From a bacterium (GTDB taxonomy: Bacteria; Patescibacteriota; Minisyncoccia; Moranbacterales; UBA2206): DNA of 57,175 nt. Location: NCBI GenBank assembly GCA_030654225.1, contig JAURXY010000017.1:1-57175 (forward strand). Direction: 5' to 3'. The notes under the pieces were generated by a model. That model had not been told where the DNA came from and ran no database searches. It worked only from the letters and a program-made list of their open reading frames with translations. Position numbers and translations under genes: made by a program. Positions 10,612 to 19,545 of the stretch are shown here, one piece after another; the first letter of the stretch is position 1; each line of letters begins with the position of its first letter.

Positions 10612-11301
10612 TTACCAGCCTTTTTCTTCTAAACCTTTTTCGGCGGCATTTCTTTGCGCTTCTTGCTTGGATTGTCCTTCACCTTTGGCAATCAGTTCAT
10701 TCACTAGGTATACCCCAACTATAAATTTTTTGTCATGGTCAGGACCAGATTCAGAAATCACGCGATATGATGGAGTGACGCCTGCCTTATCTTGAGATTC
10801 TTCTTGAAAACGAGATTTCGGATCCATGTATAATTTATTTTCAATGATATTTGGCAATTCACACACCACATTTTTCATGATAAATTCTTGACATTTGGCG
10901 TAACCTTTTTCTTTTTGATCTAAATAAATTGCGCCTGTAATTGCTTCGAAAGCATTAGCCAAGAGATATTGGCGCGCGCGTCCTGTGTCTTTGGTTTCTC
11001 CGCGACTCATCAAAAGATATTCTTCGATGCCTAATCTTTTGGAAATTTTCGCCAGCATTTCACCATTAACCAAGGCTGCTCGCCAGTTAGTGAGCTCACC
11101 TTCTTGATTGGAATAATTTTTATATAAATATTCAGTCACAACAATTTCCAGGACCGCATCTCCCAAAAATTCCAACCGTTCATTATGTTCCAAGTTGTGA
11201 CTTCGATGTTCGTTAAGATAGGAACGATGTGTCATCGCTTGTTTCAAAAGATCAATATTATTAAATTTAACCCCGATTTTTTTAGCTAATTCTTCAATCA
11301 T
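10612..11301 (-). CDS. rnc: Ribonuclease III
   Basis: [12 protein letters not shown]; C-terminal dsRBD. Confidence 0.97.
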   Translation of the reverse strand: MIEELAKKIGVKFNNIDLLKQAMTHRSYLNEHRSHNLEHNERLEFLGDAVLEIVVTEYLYKNYSNQEGELTNWRAALVNGEMLAKISKRLGIEEYLLMSRGETKDTGRARQYLLANAFEAITGAIYLDQKEKGYAKCQEFIMKNVVCELPNIIENKLYMDPKSRFQEESQDKAGVTPSYRVISESGPDHDKKFIVGVYLVNELIAKGEGQSKQEAQRNAAEKGLEEKGW

Positions 11302-11777
11302 ACTTTTTCTTTATTCTTAGTTGCTTTATCTTTTTTCGAAATATCATCTTTCAAAGGTTCGCCCAATTCGCGGTATATTGTGCCGAGCACGCCATTGACA
11401 AATCGTCCGGAAGATTCTCCGCCGAAAGATTTGGCCAATTCAATCGATTCATTAATCGCTACTTTGGGTGGCACCTCTTCATAACTGCCAAAAAGAAGTT
11501 CATAAATTCCCAAGCGCAAAATATTGCGATCAACTATCGTCACTTGATCCAGTGGCCACTCTGGGGCGCATTTTTCGATCAGCGGATCAATCTTGTCCAC
11601 ATTTTTTATTATATTTTCCACCAAAGAATGCAAAAAATCAGTTTCGTCCATACCAGGTCCGAACTCTTTGATATTTTTTGAAATTATCTCCTCTACTTTG
11701 GAATTGTCTTTTTTGTTGAAATCCCATTCATAGAGACATTGCATCGCAATTGATCTCGAAAGATGACGATTAGCCAT
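11298..11777 (-). CDS. nusB: Transcription antitermination factor NusB
   Basis: [25 protein letters not shown]. Confidence 0.95.
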   Translation of the reverse strand: MANRHLSRSIAMQCLYEWDFNKKDNSKVEEIISKNIKEFGPGMDETDFLHSLVENIIKNVDKIDPLIEKCAPEWPLDQVTIVDRNILRLGIYELLFGSYEEVPPKVAINESIELAKSFGGESSGRFVNGVLGTIYRELGEPLKDDISKKDKATKNKEKV

Positions 11778-11779
11778 TT

Positions 11780-11980
11780 TTATTTTTTCTTTTTATTAAC
11801 CTTTTTCATTGTATTTATCACTTCCTTGCCTTTGTAATATCCACATTTTGGACAAGCGATATGTCCTTCTATTTTGGCTTTGCAGTTAGGACAAGCAATC
11901 AAATCCTTTGATTTAAGCTTGTAGTGAACTCTAGCTCTGTCTCTTCGGGCTTTTGTGTGTCTTTGTCTTGCTACTGGCAT
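11780..11980 (-). CDS. rpmF: 50S ribosomal protein L32
   Basis: basic N-terminus; CPNC...[10 protein letters not shown]. Confidence 0.93.
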   Translation of the reverse strand: MPVARQRHTKARRDRARVHYKLKSKDLIACPNCKAKIEGHIACPKCGYYKGKEVINTMKKVNKKKK

Positions 11981-12136
11981 ATGATTTTATTTAATAAATA
12001 ATTATTATACAAATTAATTCGCATCATTCGCATATAGTTCGCATTGTTCGCATCGCTACTTATATATAACTTATCATTTAATTAGCCGTTTGGCAAGAAA
12101 TATTTTTTTATACTTATTTGTACATTATAATTAAAC

Positions 12137-12174
12137 AAAGCCCGGACTATAATATGTTTAGTCTCGGGCTTTTT
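12137..12174. terminator. Intrinsic terminator-like hairpin
   Basis: aaagcccg...cgggcttt with A/T tails, downstream of 12199-12753. Confidence 0.55.
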
Positions 12175-12198
12175 ATTGCAATTTTTGTAGCTTTTGTT

Positions 12199-12753
12199 CT
12201 ACATAGGTTCTGCAACAGGTTCCATTTTTTTTAAGAGAGCCTTCCATTCATACTTCATTCGTTCACATCGATCGGACAATTCTTTGAGCTGTTCGAAGTT
12301 GTTGACTTCGAAATCAATTGGTGTTTTCAAAGAAAGTACAGCGATTATTTCCTCTATTTTTTCGAATATTGGAGATGATTTTTCGAAATCTGTATTATCA
12401 CAAAAATGCGATAGCGCTTTAGAGAAGATAATCCCCTTTTCAAATAAAACAGCTAGATCATTTTTATATTTGTTAACAAAATGATTATAATCCGCTTTCA
12501 ACCCACAAAATCTAAATGTTTCATGAAGATTATCATGAATATTTTCATAAATATTATTCATAATCACTTGGAAGCAATAATTGAAATCTGCAACTACGTT
12601 ATCGACCATCTCATTTTTAATAGAGAGAACTTCCTGTGATAATTTATCCTTCCTTTTTTTTAGCTTGTAACCAAGAATAAGAATCATCACAAAGAAAACC
12701 GCATTTACCAAAACTGACATAACTAAATAAGACTGCATCTCTTGAATAGTCAT
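12199..12753 (-). CDS. Hypothetical protein with N-terminal TM helix
   Basis: 184-aa ORF, hydrophobic N-terminus, no recognised motif. Confidence 0.6.
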   Translation of the reverse strand: MTIQEMQSYLVMSVLVNAVFFVMILILGYKLKKRKDKLSQEVLSIKNEMVDNVVADFNYCFQVIMNNIYENIHDNLHETFRFCGLKADYNHFVNKYKNDLAVLFEKGIIFSKALSHFCDNTDFEKSSPIFEKIEEIIAVLSLKTPIDFEVNNFEQLKELSDRCERMKYEWKALLKKMEPVAEPM

Positions 12754-12875
12754 ATTCGTTTCTCCATATAAAATTGTTAAAGAAAATTCTCCTTATCGTT
12801 TGATTATTAACATAGTAGTCTTACTATTATTGCTCTGTCAATCACTTTATCACTTTATTGCTTTAGATAAGCCTT

Positions 12876-13733
12876 TTAAAAACTAATTTGGCATAAATTT
12901 TCCATATTTTTGCAAATATATTCGATATCGCCTTTTTCATCTGTTCGCAAAACCTTTATTTTTTTGGCTTTGAGACGCTCTAAGAGTTCTGACGCTGGGT
13001 GGCCATAGGTATTGTTTTTTCCAGAAGATATAATCGCATCAACTGGACCAACTTTGTTCAAAAATTCTGCACTAGTAGCATTTTTTGAACCATGGTGAGA
13101 AATTTTCAGCACTTTTGAGCTTAAATCAAATTTATCACTAAACAAAGCGCTCTCCTTTTCCAATGGGAAATCCCCCGTAAAAAGAAAAGAATTTTGGCCA
13201 TAAGTCAGCTTTGCCACGATGCTGTCAGCGTTGGTATCCTTCGGTTTATTTACTAGAATAGAATTGGGATAAATAATTGCCAAATTAGCATCTTTGATTT
13301 TTATATTCATCCCCTCCTTACCTTTCAATCTTTCAATTTTTTTATTTTCAATTATTTCTAGATAATTTTTATACACTTGTGAATCGTTCTCAGCGCTATT
13401 GTCAATCACTTTACCAATCTTATAATTTTTCATCACATCAATGAGTCCGCCGATATGGTCTTGATCAGGGTGAGTCGCTATAACTATTTCAATTTTTCTG
13501 TCCCAAAATGGAATATATTTTCCCAATTTCTCCATTTCCTTTTGTCCGCTCGGTCCACCATCAATCAAGATTTGATTTTGACCAAGTGAGATCATAATGG
13601 CGTCACCTTGCCCAACATCAAAAAAAATAATCTTTAGTTTTTGATTTTGAGAATGCCAAATAACACCAGCTAAAATAAGGCTGATAAGCAATAAAAATAA
13701 TAAAATATAATAAAAATATTTTTTAGAAAACAT
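12876..13733 (-). CDS. ComEC-like metallo-beta-lactamase-fold hydrolase
   Basis: FDVGQGDA, THPDQDHIGG, LFTGD, HHGS, YGHP. Confidence 0.92.
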   Translation of the reverse strand: MFSKKYFYYILLFLLLISLILAGVIWHSQNQKLKIIFFDVGQGDAIMISLGQNQILIDGGPSGQKEMEKLGKYIPFWDRKIEIVIATHPDQDHIGGLIDVMKNYKIGKVIDNSAENDSQVYKNYLEIIENKKIERLKGKEGMNIKIKDANLAIIYPNSILVNKPKDTNADSIVAKLTYGQNSFLFTGDFPLEKESALFSDKFDLSSKVLKISHHGSKNATSAEFLNKVGPVDAIISSGKNNTYGHPASELLERLKAKKIKVLRTDEKGDIEYICKNMENLCQISF

Positions 13734-13740
13734 ATCAACT

Positions 13741-13830
13741 TTGTCATGCTGAATTTACCGTGCCTCGCCGGCAGGCGGGTTTCAGCATCTATTTTAGAAT
13801 AGAGATCCTGAAACAAGTTCAGGATGACAA
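13741..13830. repeat. REP-like palindromic element with nested palindrome
   Basis: terminal IR ttgtcatgctgaa / ttcaggatgacaa (12 of 13 bp); nested accgtgcctcgccggcaggcgggt at 13757-13780; overlaps comEC stop. Confidence 0.7.
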
Positions 13831-15288
13831 TTCATTATTCTTTTTTAAAAAATAGATTGTCCCTGTTAAAATTATATACCAAATCACCACTCCCCACCAC
13901 GCAATTTTCATTTCAACTGAAGCATATTTCAAACTAGCCAGATAATTTATGGTGATTGTTTCATATTTTAACGGCAGATAAGTCAACCAAGAAAAAATGA
14001 TTGCGATTGGTTCGAAAACAAAACTAAACATAATTGCCACAAAACCCAAAAGCATTGTGAGTGGGATAATAGGCAAAATTAGGATATTCGCCAAAAGTGA
14101 AATAAGCGACAGCGTTCCAAAATTAAACATAATAATTGGCAAAACAAAAATCTGCGCGGAAAGTGAAAGGAAAAGAATTTCTGCAACTGTAGAGACGAGG
14201 CAGTGCCTCGTCTCTACAAGATGCAAAAAATAATTTTCAAAAAATGGATAGAGATAAACTATGCCGATTGTCGCTAGAAAAGAAAGTTGAAAACCGATGT
14301 CGAAGCGCAAAAGGAGTGGATTAGCAAGAAGCATCACGCAAGCAGAAAACAAAATCGCATTCTGAGCATTTGCCAATCTTCCATTTTTTATCGCCCAAAT
14401 CAAAAGTACGCCCATCAGTCCCGCTCGCACTGCCGAAGCACTGAGCCCTGTGAGAATCACAAAAAGAATAATGCCAGTCACTGCAAACCAAAAAGCTTGC
14501 CGTCGCCACAGTCCTAAAAATATTCCGAGCATCATTAGGTACTCTGCAATGATCGTCACATTATAGCCAGACACTGCTACAATGTGCGTCATCCCCGTGC
14601 GTGAAAAATTATTTTTCACCTCTTTTGACAATTGGTTACTTCCACCCAAAAGAAGACCCGAGAGAAGTCCGGACTCTGGCGCGGGAATCAACTGCTTTAT
14701 ATTTTCATTAAATTTATTTTTGATTTTAATGAGAATCGCCAAAAATCTATTTCCCTTATTTTCATTTAATTTTTCTATTTTTTGATTTTTGCATTCATAA
14801 AAAATTCCATCTTTCGCCAAATACATTTGATAGTCAAAACTGTCATCAAAATTTTTCGGCCTTTCCAGCTGGCAATTTATTTTTAGCCTATCGCCATAAT
14901 TGTATTTTTCATAAATACTAGCATTAAGCAAAAATTTTTCCGTCCTGTTGTCAGCCGGAACAAGAATTAGTTGCTGAATTTTTTCTTTAAGCACCGGCTC
15001 TTTGGAAATCATAACTACGCCCGAAAAATTCTGCTTGTCTGCATTTATATTTTTTATTTTTTCTAATCTCAAGTTTGTGAGCCAAAAACCACAAACAAAA
15101 AATCCCAAAACAAAACCAAAAAGAACGACTTTTTTATTTTCCCAAAATACTGCCACAATAGAAAGCGTGAAAACAAAAGAAAAATAAAATAAACTAGCAC
15201 TTAATATCTGCGGATAATAAAAAGAAGCCGTCATCACGCCTCCGATAAAAGACAAGGAAAGGATAAAAAATATGCGAGATTTTTCCAT
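13819..15288 (-). CDS. comEC: ComEC/Rec2 competence channel domain protein
   Basis: GMTHIVAVSGYN, SAVRA, GFQLSF; many TM helices. Confidence 0.92.
   Translation of the reverse strand: MEKSRIFFILSLSFIGGVMTASFYYPQILSASLFYFSFVFTLSIVAVFWENKKVVLFGFVLGFFVCGFWLTNLRLEKIKNINADKQNFSGVVMISKEPVLKEKIQQLILVPADNRTEKFLLNASIYEKYNYGDRLKINCQLERPKNFDDSFDYQMYLAKDGIFYECKNQKIEKLNENKGNRFLAILIKIKNKFNENIKQLIPAPESGLLSGLLLGGSNQLSKEVKNNFSRTGMTHIVAVSGYNVTIIAEYLMMLGIFLGLWRRQAFWFAVTGIILFVILTGLSASAVRAGLMGVLLIWAIKNGRLANAQNAILFSACVMLLANPLLLRFDIGFQLSFLATIGIVYLYPFFENYFLHLVETRHCLVSTVAEILFLSLSAQIFVLPIIMFNFGTLSLISLLANILILPIIPLTMLLGFVAIMFSFVFEPIAIIFSWLTYLPLKYETITINYLASLKYASVEMKIAWWGVVIWYIILTGTIYFLKKNNELSS
14188..14218. repeat. GTAG-type REP palindrome in frame within comEC
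   Basis: perfect 15-bp arms tgtagagacgaggca-g-tgcctcgtctctaca; near-identical copy at 37684-37712. Confidence 0.85.
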
Positions 15289-15291
15289 TTT

Positions 15292-15513
15292 TTATTTCAA
15301 TATTTCCACCAGTTTTTTCCGCGTAGATTTGCCACCAATAATCGACACTAAGCTTTTCGACACATCAAAATGCTTTGCCAAAATTTCAATGAGCATTTTG
15401 TTAGCCTCACCAGAAACCGGTGGCGCGGTAAGTTTCACCCGGTACTCCCCTTCAGAGATTTTAACTATTTCGTTTTTGGAAGAACGAGGAATGACTTTTG
15501 CATAAATTCTCAT
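15292..15513 (-). CDS. DUF167/YggU family protein
   Basis: KVIPRSS, APPVSGEAN, GGKSTRKK. Confidence 0.85.
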   Translation of the reverse strand: MRIYAKVIPRSSKNEIVKISEGEYRVKLTAPPVSGEANKMLIEILAKHFDVSKSLVSIIGGKSTRKKLVEILK

Positions 15514-15599
15514 AAAAGATTAATTTTAATTTTATTACCGTATACTATAATACGGTAGTATTTTATAATTTTCCTAACATTGGATGTTAGGAAGGTATT

Positions 15600-16298
15600 T
15601 CATCTAATGCCGACTTTTCCAAAAAAATTTTCAATTGATTTTTTGATTTTTTCCAAATCAATCGTTTTATTTTTTGTTTTCTTTTTCAAATTTTGATCCA
15701 AAATTTTTGTTTCTTCATATTTTTGGAGCCAATAGACATGAGCTCCTTTGATCCACTTAGCAATTTCCAAAAAATCTTTCGGAGTATGAATCCCCGGAAC
15801 GACCGTAGTTCGAAATTCATAAGCAATCTTACTATTCATTATCAAATCAACACTCAGCTTGATTCTCTCTTCGTCTATTTTAACTCCGGCCGTTTCGCTA
15901 TATCGCTTGATTTGGTTTTTAATATCCATCGCGATATAATCAACTAATTTCAAGTCAATAATTTTCTTGAGCACATCTGGTCGACTACCATTAGTATCGA
16001 GCTTTACCAAAAATCCCAACTTCTTAACCTTTTTTATAAATTCAATAATATCCGCCTGAATGGTTGGTTCGCCTCCTGTGATACAAACGCCCTGCAATTT
16101 ATCTTTCCTTTTTTTCAAAAATTCAAAAAATTCTTTTTCTGAATTATTTTGCGAAGAAGCAAAATTTGTCGTACCTACGACTAATTCTGGATTATGGCAA
16201 AATGGACAACGAAAAGAACAGCCGATAGTAAAAACCGTCACAGCTAATTTGCCAGGATAATCAATAAGTGTCAATTTTTGAAAGCCACCAATAATCAT
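15600..16298 (-). CDS. nrdG: Anaerobic ribonucleotide reductase activating radical SAM enzyme
   Basis: CSFRCPFCHN, ITGGEPT, LDTNG; downstream of nrdD; start moved to MIIGG. Confidence 0.9.
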   Translation of the reverse strand: MIIGGFQKLTLIDYPGKLAVTVFTIGCSFRCPFCHNPELVVGTTNFASSQNNSEKEFFEFLKKRKDKLQGVCITGGEPTIQADIIEFIKKVKKLGFLVKLDTNGSRPDVLKKIIDLKLVDYIAMDIKNQIKRYSETAGVKIDEERIKLSVDLIMNSKIAYEFRTTVVPGIHTPKDFLEIAKWIKGAHVYWLQKYEETKILDQNLKKKTKNKTIDLEKIKKSIENFFGKVGIR

Positions 16299-16410
16299 AA
16301 AGCATGAAACATAAAACATGAAACATTTTCACGCTGTACGTTATATGAATATTAAGGGCAATACTTCCCCGAAAGAAAATATTGCCCCACTATCTTTTGC
16401 CTTTATTCTA

Positions 16411-16662
16411 TTAACAATAAACTGCCTTATATTCTTTTCTGTCCTTATATTCCTCAGCTTTACCAGCATTCCACTGTGATACTGGACGGATATAACCTAC
16501 GATACGAGAATAAACCTCTGTTTCTTGAAAATTTCGCAGTACCGAATCAGCCGTATGACATTTTCGGCATTTGAAAAATTCTCCACTGTTTGTTTCATAT
16601 CTCGCCACTTCATCATTGTTTTCCAATTCTTTTTTGCAATCATGACATATTTGTTTTTTCAT
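16411..16662 (-). CDS. Small stand-alone NrdD C-terminal glycyl-radical domain protein
   Basis: CHDC...CRKC then EVYSRIVGYIRPVSQWNAGKAEEYKDRKE, near-identical to the C-terminus of the adjacent NrdD. Confidence 0.85.
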   Translation of the reverse strand: MKKQICHDCKKELENNDEVARYETNSGEFFKCRKCHTADSVLRNFQETEVYSRIVGYIRPVSQWNAGKAEEYKDRKEYKAVYC

Positions 16663-16671
16663 ATATTTTTT

Positions 16672-18930
16672 TTAATTTTTTACTACTACAAACTCCTTGC
16701 GATCTTTATACTCTTCGCTTTTGCCGGCGTTCCATTGCTCCACTGGCCGGATATAGCCCACGATTCGAGAATAAACTTCGCATTTTTGTTCAATCACGCA
16801 TTTTGGACAAGTCTTATGTTCCCCTTCAATGTATCCGTGATGAGGACAAACACTGAAAGTCGGCGAAAGGGTGAAGTATGGCAGGTGATATTTACTAGCT
16901 ATGGTTCTCACCAAATTTTTAGTGGTTTCAATGTCATAAATTCTTTCTCCTAAAAATCCATGAAGCACTGTCCCTCCGGTATATTTAGTTTGCAAACTAT
17001 CTTGCAAATCCAGCGCTTCAAAAATATCATCGGTGTGTCCTACGGGCAATTGTGAAGAATTAGTGTAATATGGCTGGGCTCCTTTTTCTACTGCGCCATT
17101 ATTGGCAAAAATCATTTTTGGAAAACGTTTTTGATCTTTGAGTGCCAAACGATATGACGTACCTTCCGCAGGAGTAGCTTCCAAATTATATAGATTGCCA
17201 GTTTCCTCTTGATATTTGATCATTTTTTCTCGCATATGAATCAAAATTTCTTCGGCAAATTTCAAACCTTTCTTGCTAGATGTTTTTTCTCCCATAAAAT
17301 TTACCAACGATTCATTCATTCCTACAAGACCAATGGTGGAAAAATGATTACCCCAATATGATCCACGTCGCTTGAAAATATTTTCTAAATAAAATTTAGA
17401 ATATGGATAGAGTCCTTTTAAAGTAAAAGCCTCCACTATTTTTCTTTTTGTTTCCAAGCTTTCTTTGGCCGTATCCATAAGTGCATCCAGTCTTTTGAAA
17501 TAATCTTTTTTGTCCTTAGCAAGATACCCTATGCGCGGAAGATTAATCGTCACCACCCCGACTGATCCAGTCAAAGGCGCCGCACCAAAAAGCCCACCCA
17601 TTCTTTTGTGAAGTTCGCGATTGTCTAGTCGCAATCGACAACACATTGAACGAGCATCTTCTGGATTCATATCAGAATTCACAAAATTGGCAAAATATGG
17701 AATGCCGTATTTGGCTGTCATTTCCCAGATTGGATCAAAGCGCTTGTCATTCCAATCGAAATTTTTGTCGATGTTATAAGTTGGAATCGGAAAAGTAAAA
17801 ATTCTTCCACTAGCGTCTCCCTCTGTCATCACTTCTGCAAAAGTACGGTTGATCAAATTCATCTCTTCTTGAAATTCATCATATTTTTCTTTTTGTGGCA
17901 CTCCGCCGATTATCACATTTTGATCTTTGTAGGTTGAATGACAAGTCATATCCATCGTTAGATTGGTGAATGGTGTTTGAAAACCAACGCGAGTCGGCAC
18001 ATTGAGATTAAAAATAAATTCTTGCATTGATTGTTTTACTGCCTCATAGTCCAATTTGTCATAACGAATAAACGGCGCCATTAGTGTGTCAAAATTGGAA
18101 AAAGCTTGCGCGCCAGCAGTTTCACCTTGCGTGGTATAGAAAAAATTCACCATTTGTCCTAGAGCCGCTTTGAAATGTTTCGGCGGTTTGCAAGAAATTT
18201 TTCCAGAAACTCCAGTAAAACCCTTAGTCAAGAGATCTTGTAAATCCCAACCACAACAATAAGCCGCAATTTTGTCTAAATCGTGAATATGAAAATCTCC
18301 TTCTTCATGAGCACGCTTAATTGACTTTGGATAAACTCGATCCATCCAATATTTACTAGAAACGATGGAAGAAACATAATTATTCAGTCCTTGCAAAGAA
18401 TAGGCCATATTAGCATTTTCTTTGACCTGCCAGTCGATTTCTTTGATATAACTTTCAATCAAATCCACCGCTTCAGAAAGAGAACTTTCTGTGTCGCGAA
18501 GTTTGCCTCGCTTGTCACGATAGATGATGTAGGCCTTGGCCGTTTCATCAAAATCCAAAATCATCAAAACTTTTTCCACCAAATCTTGAATTTCTTCAAT
18601 TTGCGGAATGTAGCCTGGTTTGAAATTTTTATTGAGCAGTTGAACTAACTTATCCGAAACTTGCTTAGCTTCTTTTTTGCCAGCTTCTCTAGTTTCGCAA
18701 AAAGCTTTGTAAACAGCTTCGGTTATTTTTTTCTGATTAAACGGCACTACTTCCCCGCTCCTTTTGACAACTTTTCTGATTTTGCTTTTTACCTTAGCTT
18801 TTTTCTCCTTCCCCCTCGCTCCCTTTGCCCCCCCGCCTGCAACGCTATGCCAGTCCGCATCGCTACGCGAAGCGTTGCTGGCGGGCGTAGCATTGCGGGC
18901 AGGTTTTTTGATTTTTGTTTTTACCATCAT
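16672..18930 (-). CDS. nrdD: Class III ribonucleoside-triphosphate reductase with ATP cone
   Basis: VVKRSG ATP cone, HIHDL, SMCCRL, ATPAEG, CPHHG/CPKC, YSRIVGYIRP. Confidence 0.96.
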   Translation of the reverse strand: MMVKTKIKKPARNATPASNASRSDADWHSVAGGGAKGARGKEKKAKVKSKIRKVVKRSGEVVPFNQKKITEAVYKAFCETREAGKKEAKQVSDKLVQLLNKNFKPGYIPQIEEIQDLVEKVLMILDFDETAKAYIIYRDKRGKLRDTESSLSEAVDLIESYIKEIDWQVKENANMAYSLQGLNNYVSSIVSSKYWMDRVYPKSIKRAHEEGDFHIHDLDKIAAYCCGWDLQDLLTKGFTGVSGKISCKPPKHFKAALGQMVNFFYTTQGETAGAQAFSNFDTLMAPFIRYDKLDYEAVKQSMQEFIFNLNVPTRVGFQTPFTNLTMDMTCHSTYKDQNVIIGGVPQKEKYDEFQEEMNLINRTFAEVMTEGDASGRIFTFPIPTYNIDKNFDWNDKRFDPIWEMTAKYGIPYFANFVNSDMNPEDARSMCCRLRLDNRELHKRMGGLFGAAPLTGSVGVVTINLPRIGYLAKDKKDYFKRLDALMDTAKESLETKRKIVEAFTLKGLYPYSKFYLENIFKRRGSYWGNHFSTIGLVGMNESLVNFMGEKTSSKKGLKFAEEILIHMREKMIKYQEETGNLYNLEATPAEGTSYRLALKDQKRFPKMIFANNGAVEKGAQPYYTNSSQLPVGHTDDIFEALDLQDSLQTKYTGGTVLHGFLGERIYDIETTKNLVRTIASKYHLPYFTLSPTFSVCPHHGYIEGEHKTCPKCVIEQKCEVYSRIVGYIRPVEQWNAGKSEEYKDRKEFVVVKN
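18832..18903. repeat. Nested GC-rich palindrome (72 bp), in frame in the nrdD N-terminus
   Basis: outer cccgcctgcaacgctatgc / gcgtagcattgcgggcagg around a related ~36-bp inner palindrome; encodes PARNATPASNASRSDADWHSVAGG. Confidence 0.8.
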
Positions 18931-18956
18931 AATGATTAAAGTATTAAAAAAATTAT

Positions 18957-19406
18957 TTATTTATCAAACGAATCTAACTCTTTTTTGAAACTCTCCACAC
19001 TTCCAAATGATTTGTAGACGCTGGCGAATCGGACATAGGCCACTTCATCTAATTCTCGGAGTTTTTTGAGAACTATCTTTCCGATTTCGCGCGTGGTAAT
19101 TTCTGGTTTTTCATTTGATCCAATTTCATATTCAATGTCTCCCAAAAGTTTCGCAACCTTTTCTTCTGACACTGGCCTTTTAGTGAGCGCTCGACGCACG
19201 CCCACTTCAATTTTGTTTTTATCATAATCCACCTTGGAGTTATCTCTTTTTACAACGGCTAGGCGAAGAAGTTCCACTTCCTCATAAGTGCTAAAACGCG
19301 CCAAACATTTCAAACATTCCCTTCTTCTTCGAGTTATTTTCCCATCGTTAGTGTCACGCGAATCTACGACCTTAGTATCATTGTGATTACAGAATGGACA
19401 AATCAT
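18957..19406 (-). CDS. nrdR: Transcriptional repressor NrdR
   Basis: MICPFC, RRRRECLKC, ATP cone, AYVRFASVY. Confidence 0.97.
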   Translation of the reverse strand: MICPFCNHNDTKVVDSRDTNDGKITRRRRECLKCLARFSTYEEVELLRLAVVKRDNSKVDYDKNKIEVGVRRALTKRPVSEEKVAKLLGDIEYEIGSNEKPEITTREIGKIVLKKLRELDEVAYVRFASVYKSFGSVESFKKELDSFDK

Positions 19407-19432
19407 GATTTTTATTGATAAATTTAACTTTT

Positions 19433-19448
19433 ACCCTATATATTGTAT
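19433..19448. promoter_or_regulatory. Putative NrdR box
   Basis: accctatatattgtat resembles acaCwAtATaTwGtg; directly upstream of nrdR-nrdD. Confidence 0.45.
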
Positions 19449-19492
19449 ATAGTAATATCATTATACCACAAGCGAAAAATCTGCCAAGCACC

Positions 19493-19521
19493 AAAAAACA
19501 GCCTATTTTTGGCTGTTTTTT
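19493..19521. terminator. Intrinsic terminator hairpin
   Basis: aaaaaacagcc...ggctgtttttt downstream of 19546-22296. Confidence 0.6.
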
Positions 19522-19545
19522 GTGGGCTGTGGATAACTTTTAAAA

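Noticed and set aside
16411-18930. nrdD as a split or frameshifted gene
   Set aside because: The large ORF has its own complete glycyl-radical C-terminus, so the small ORF is an extra copy.
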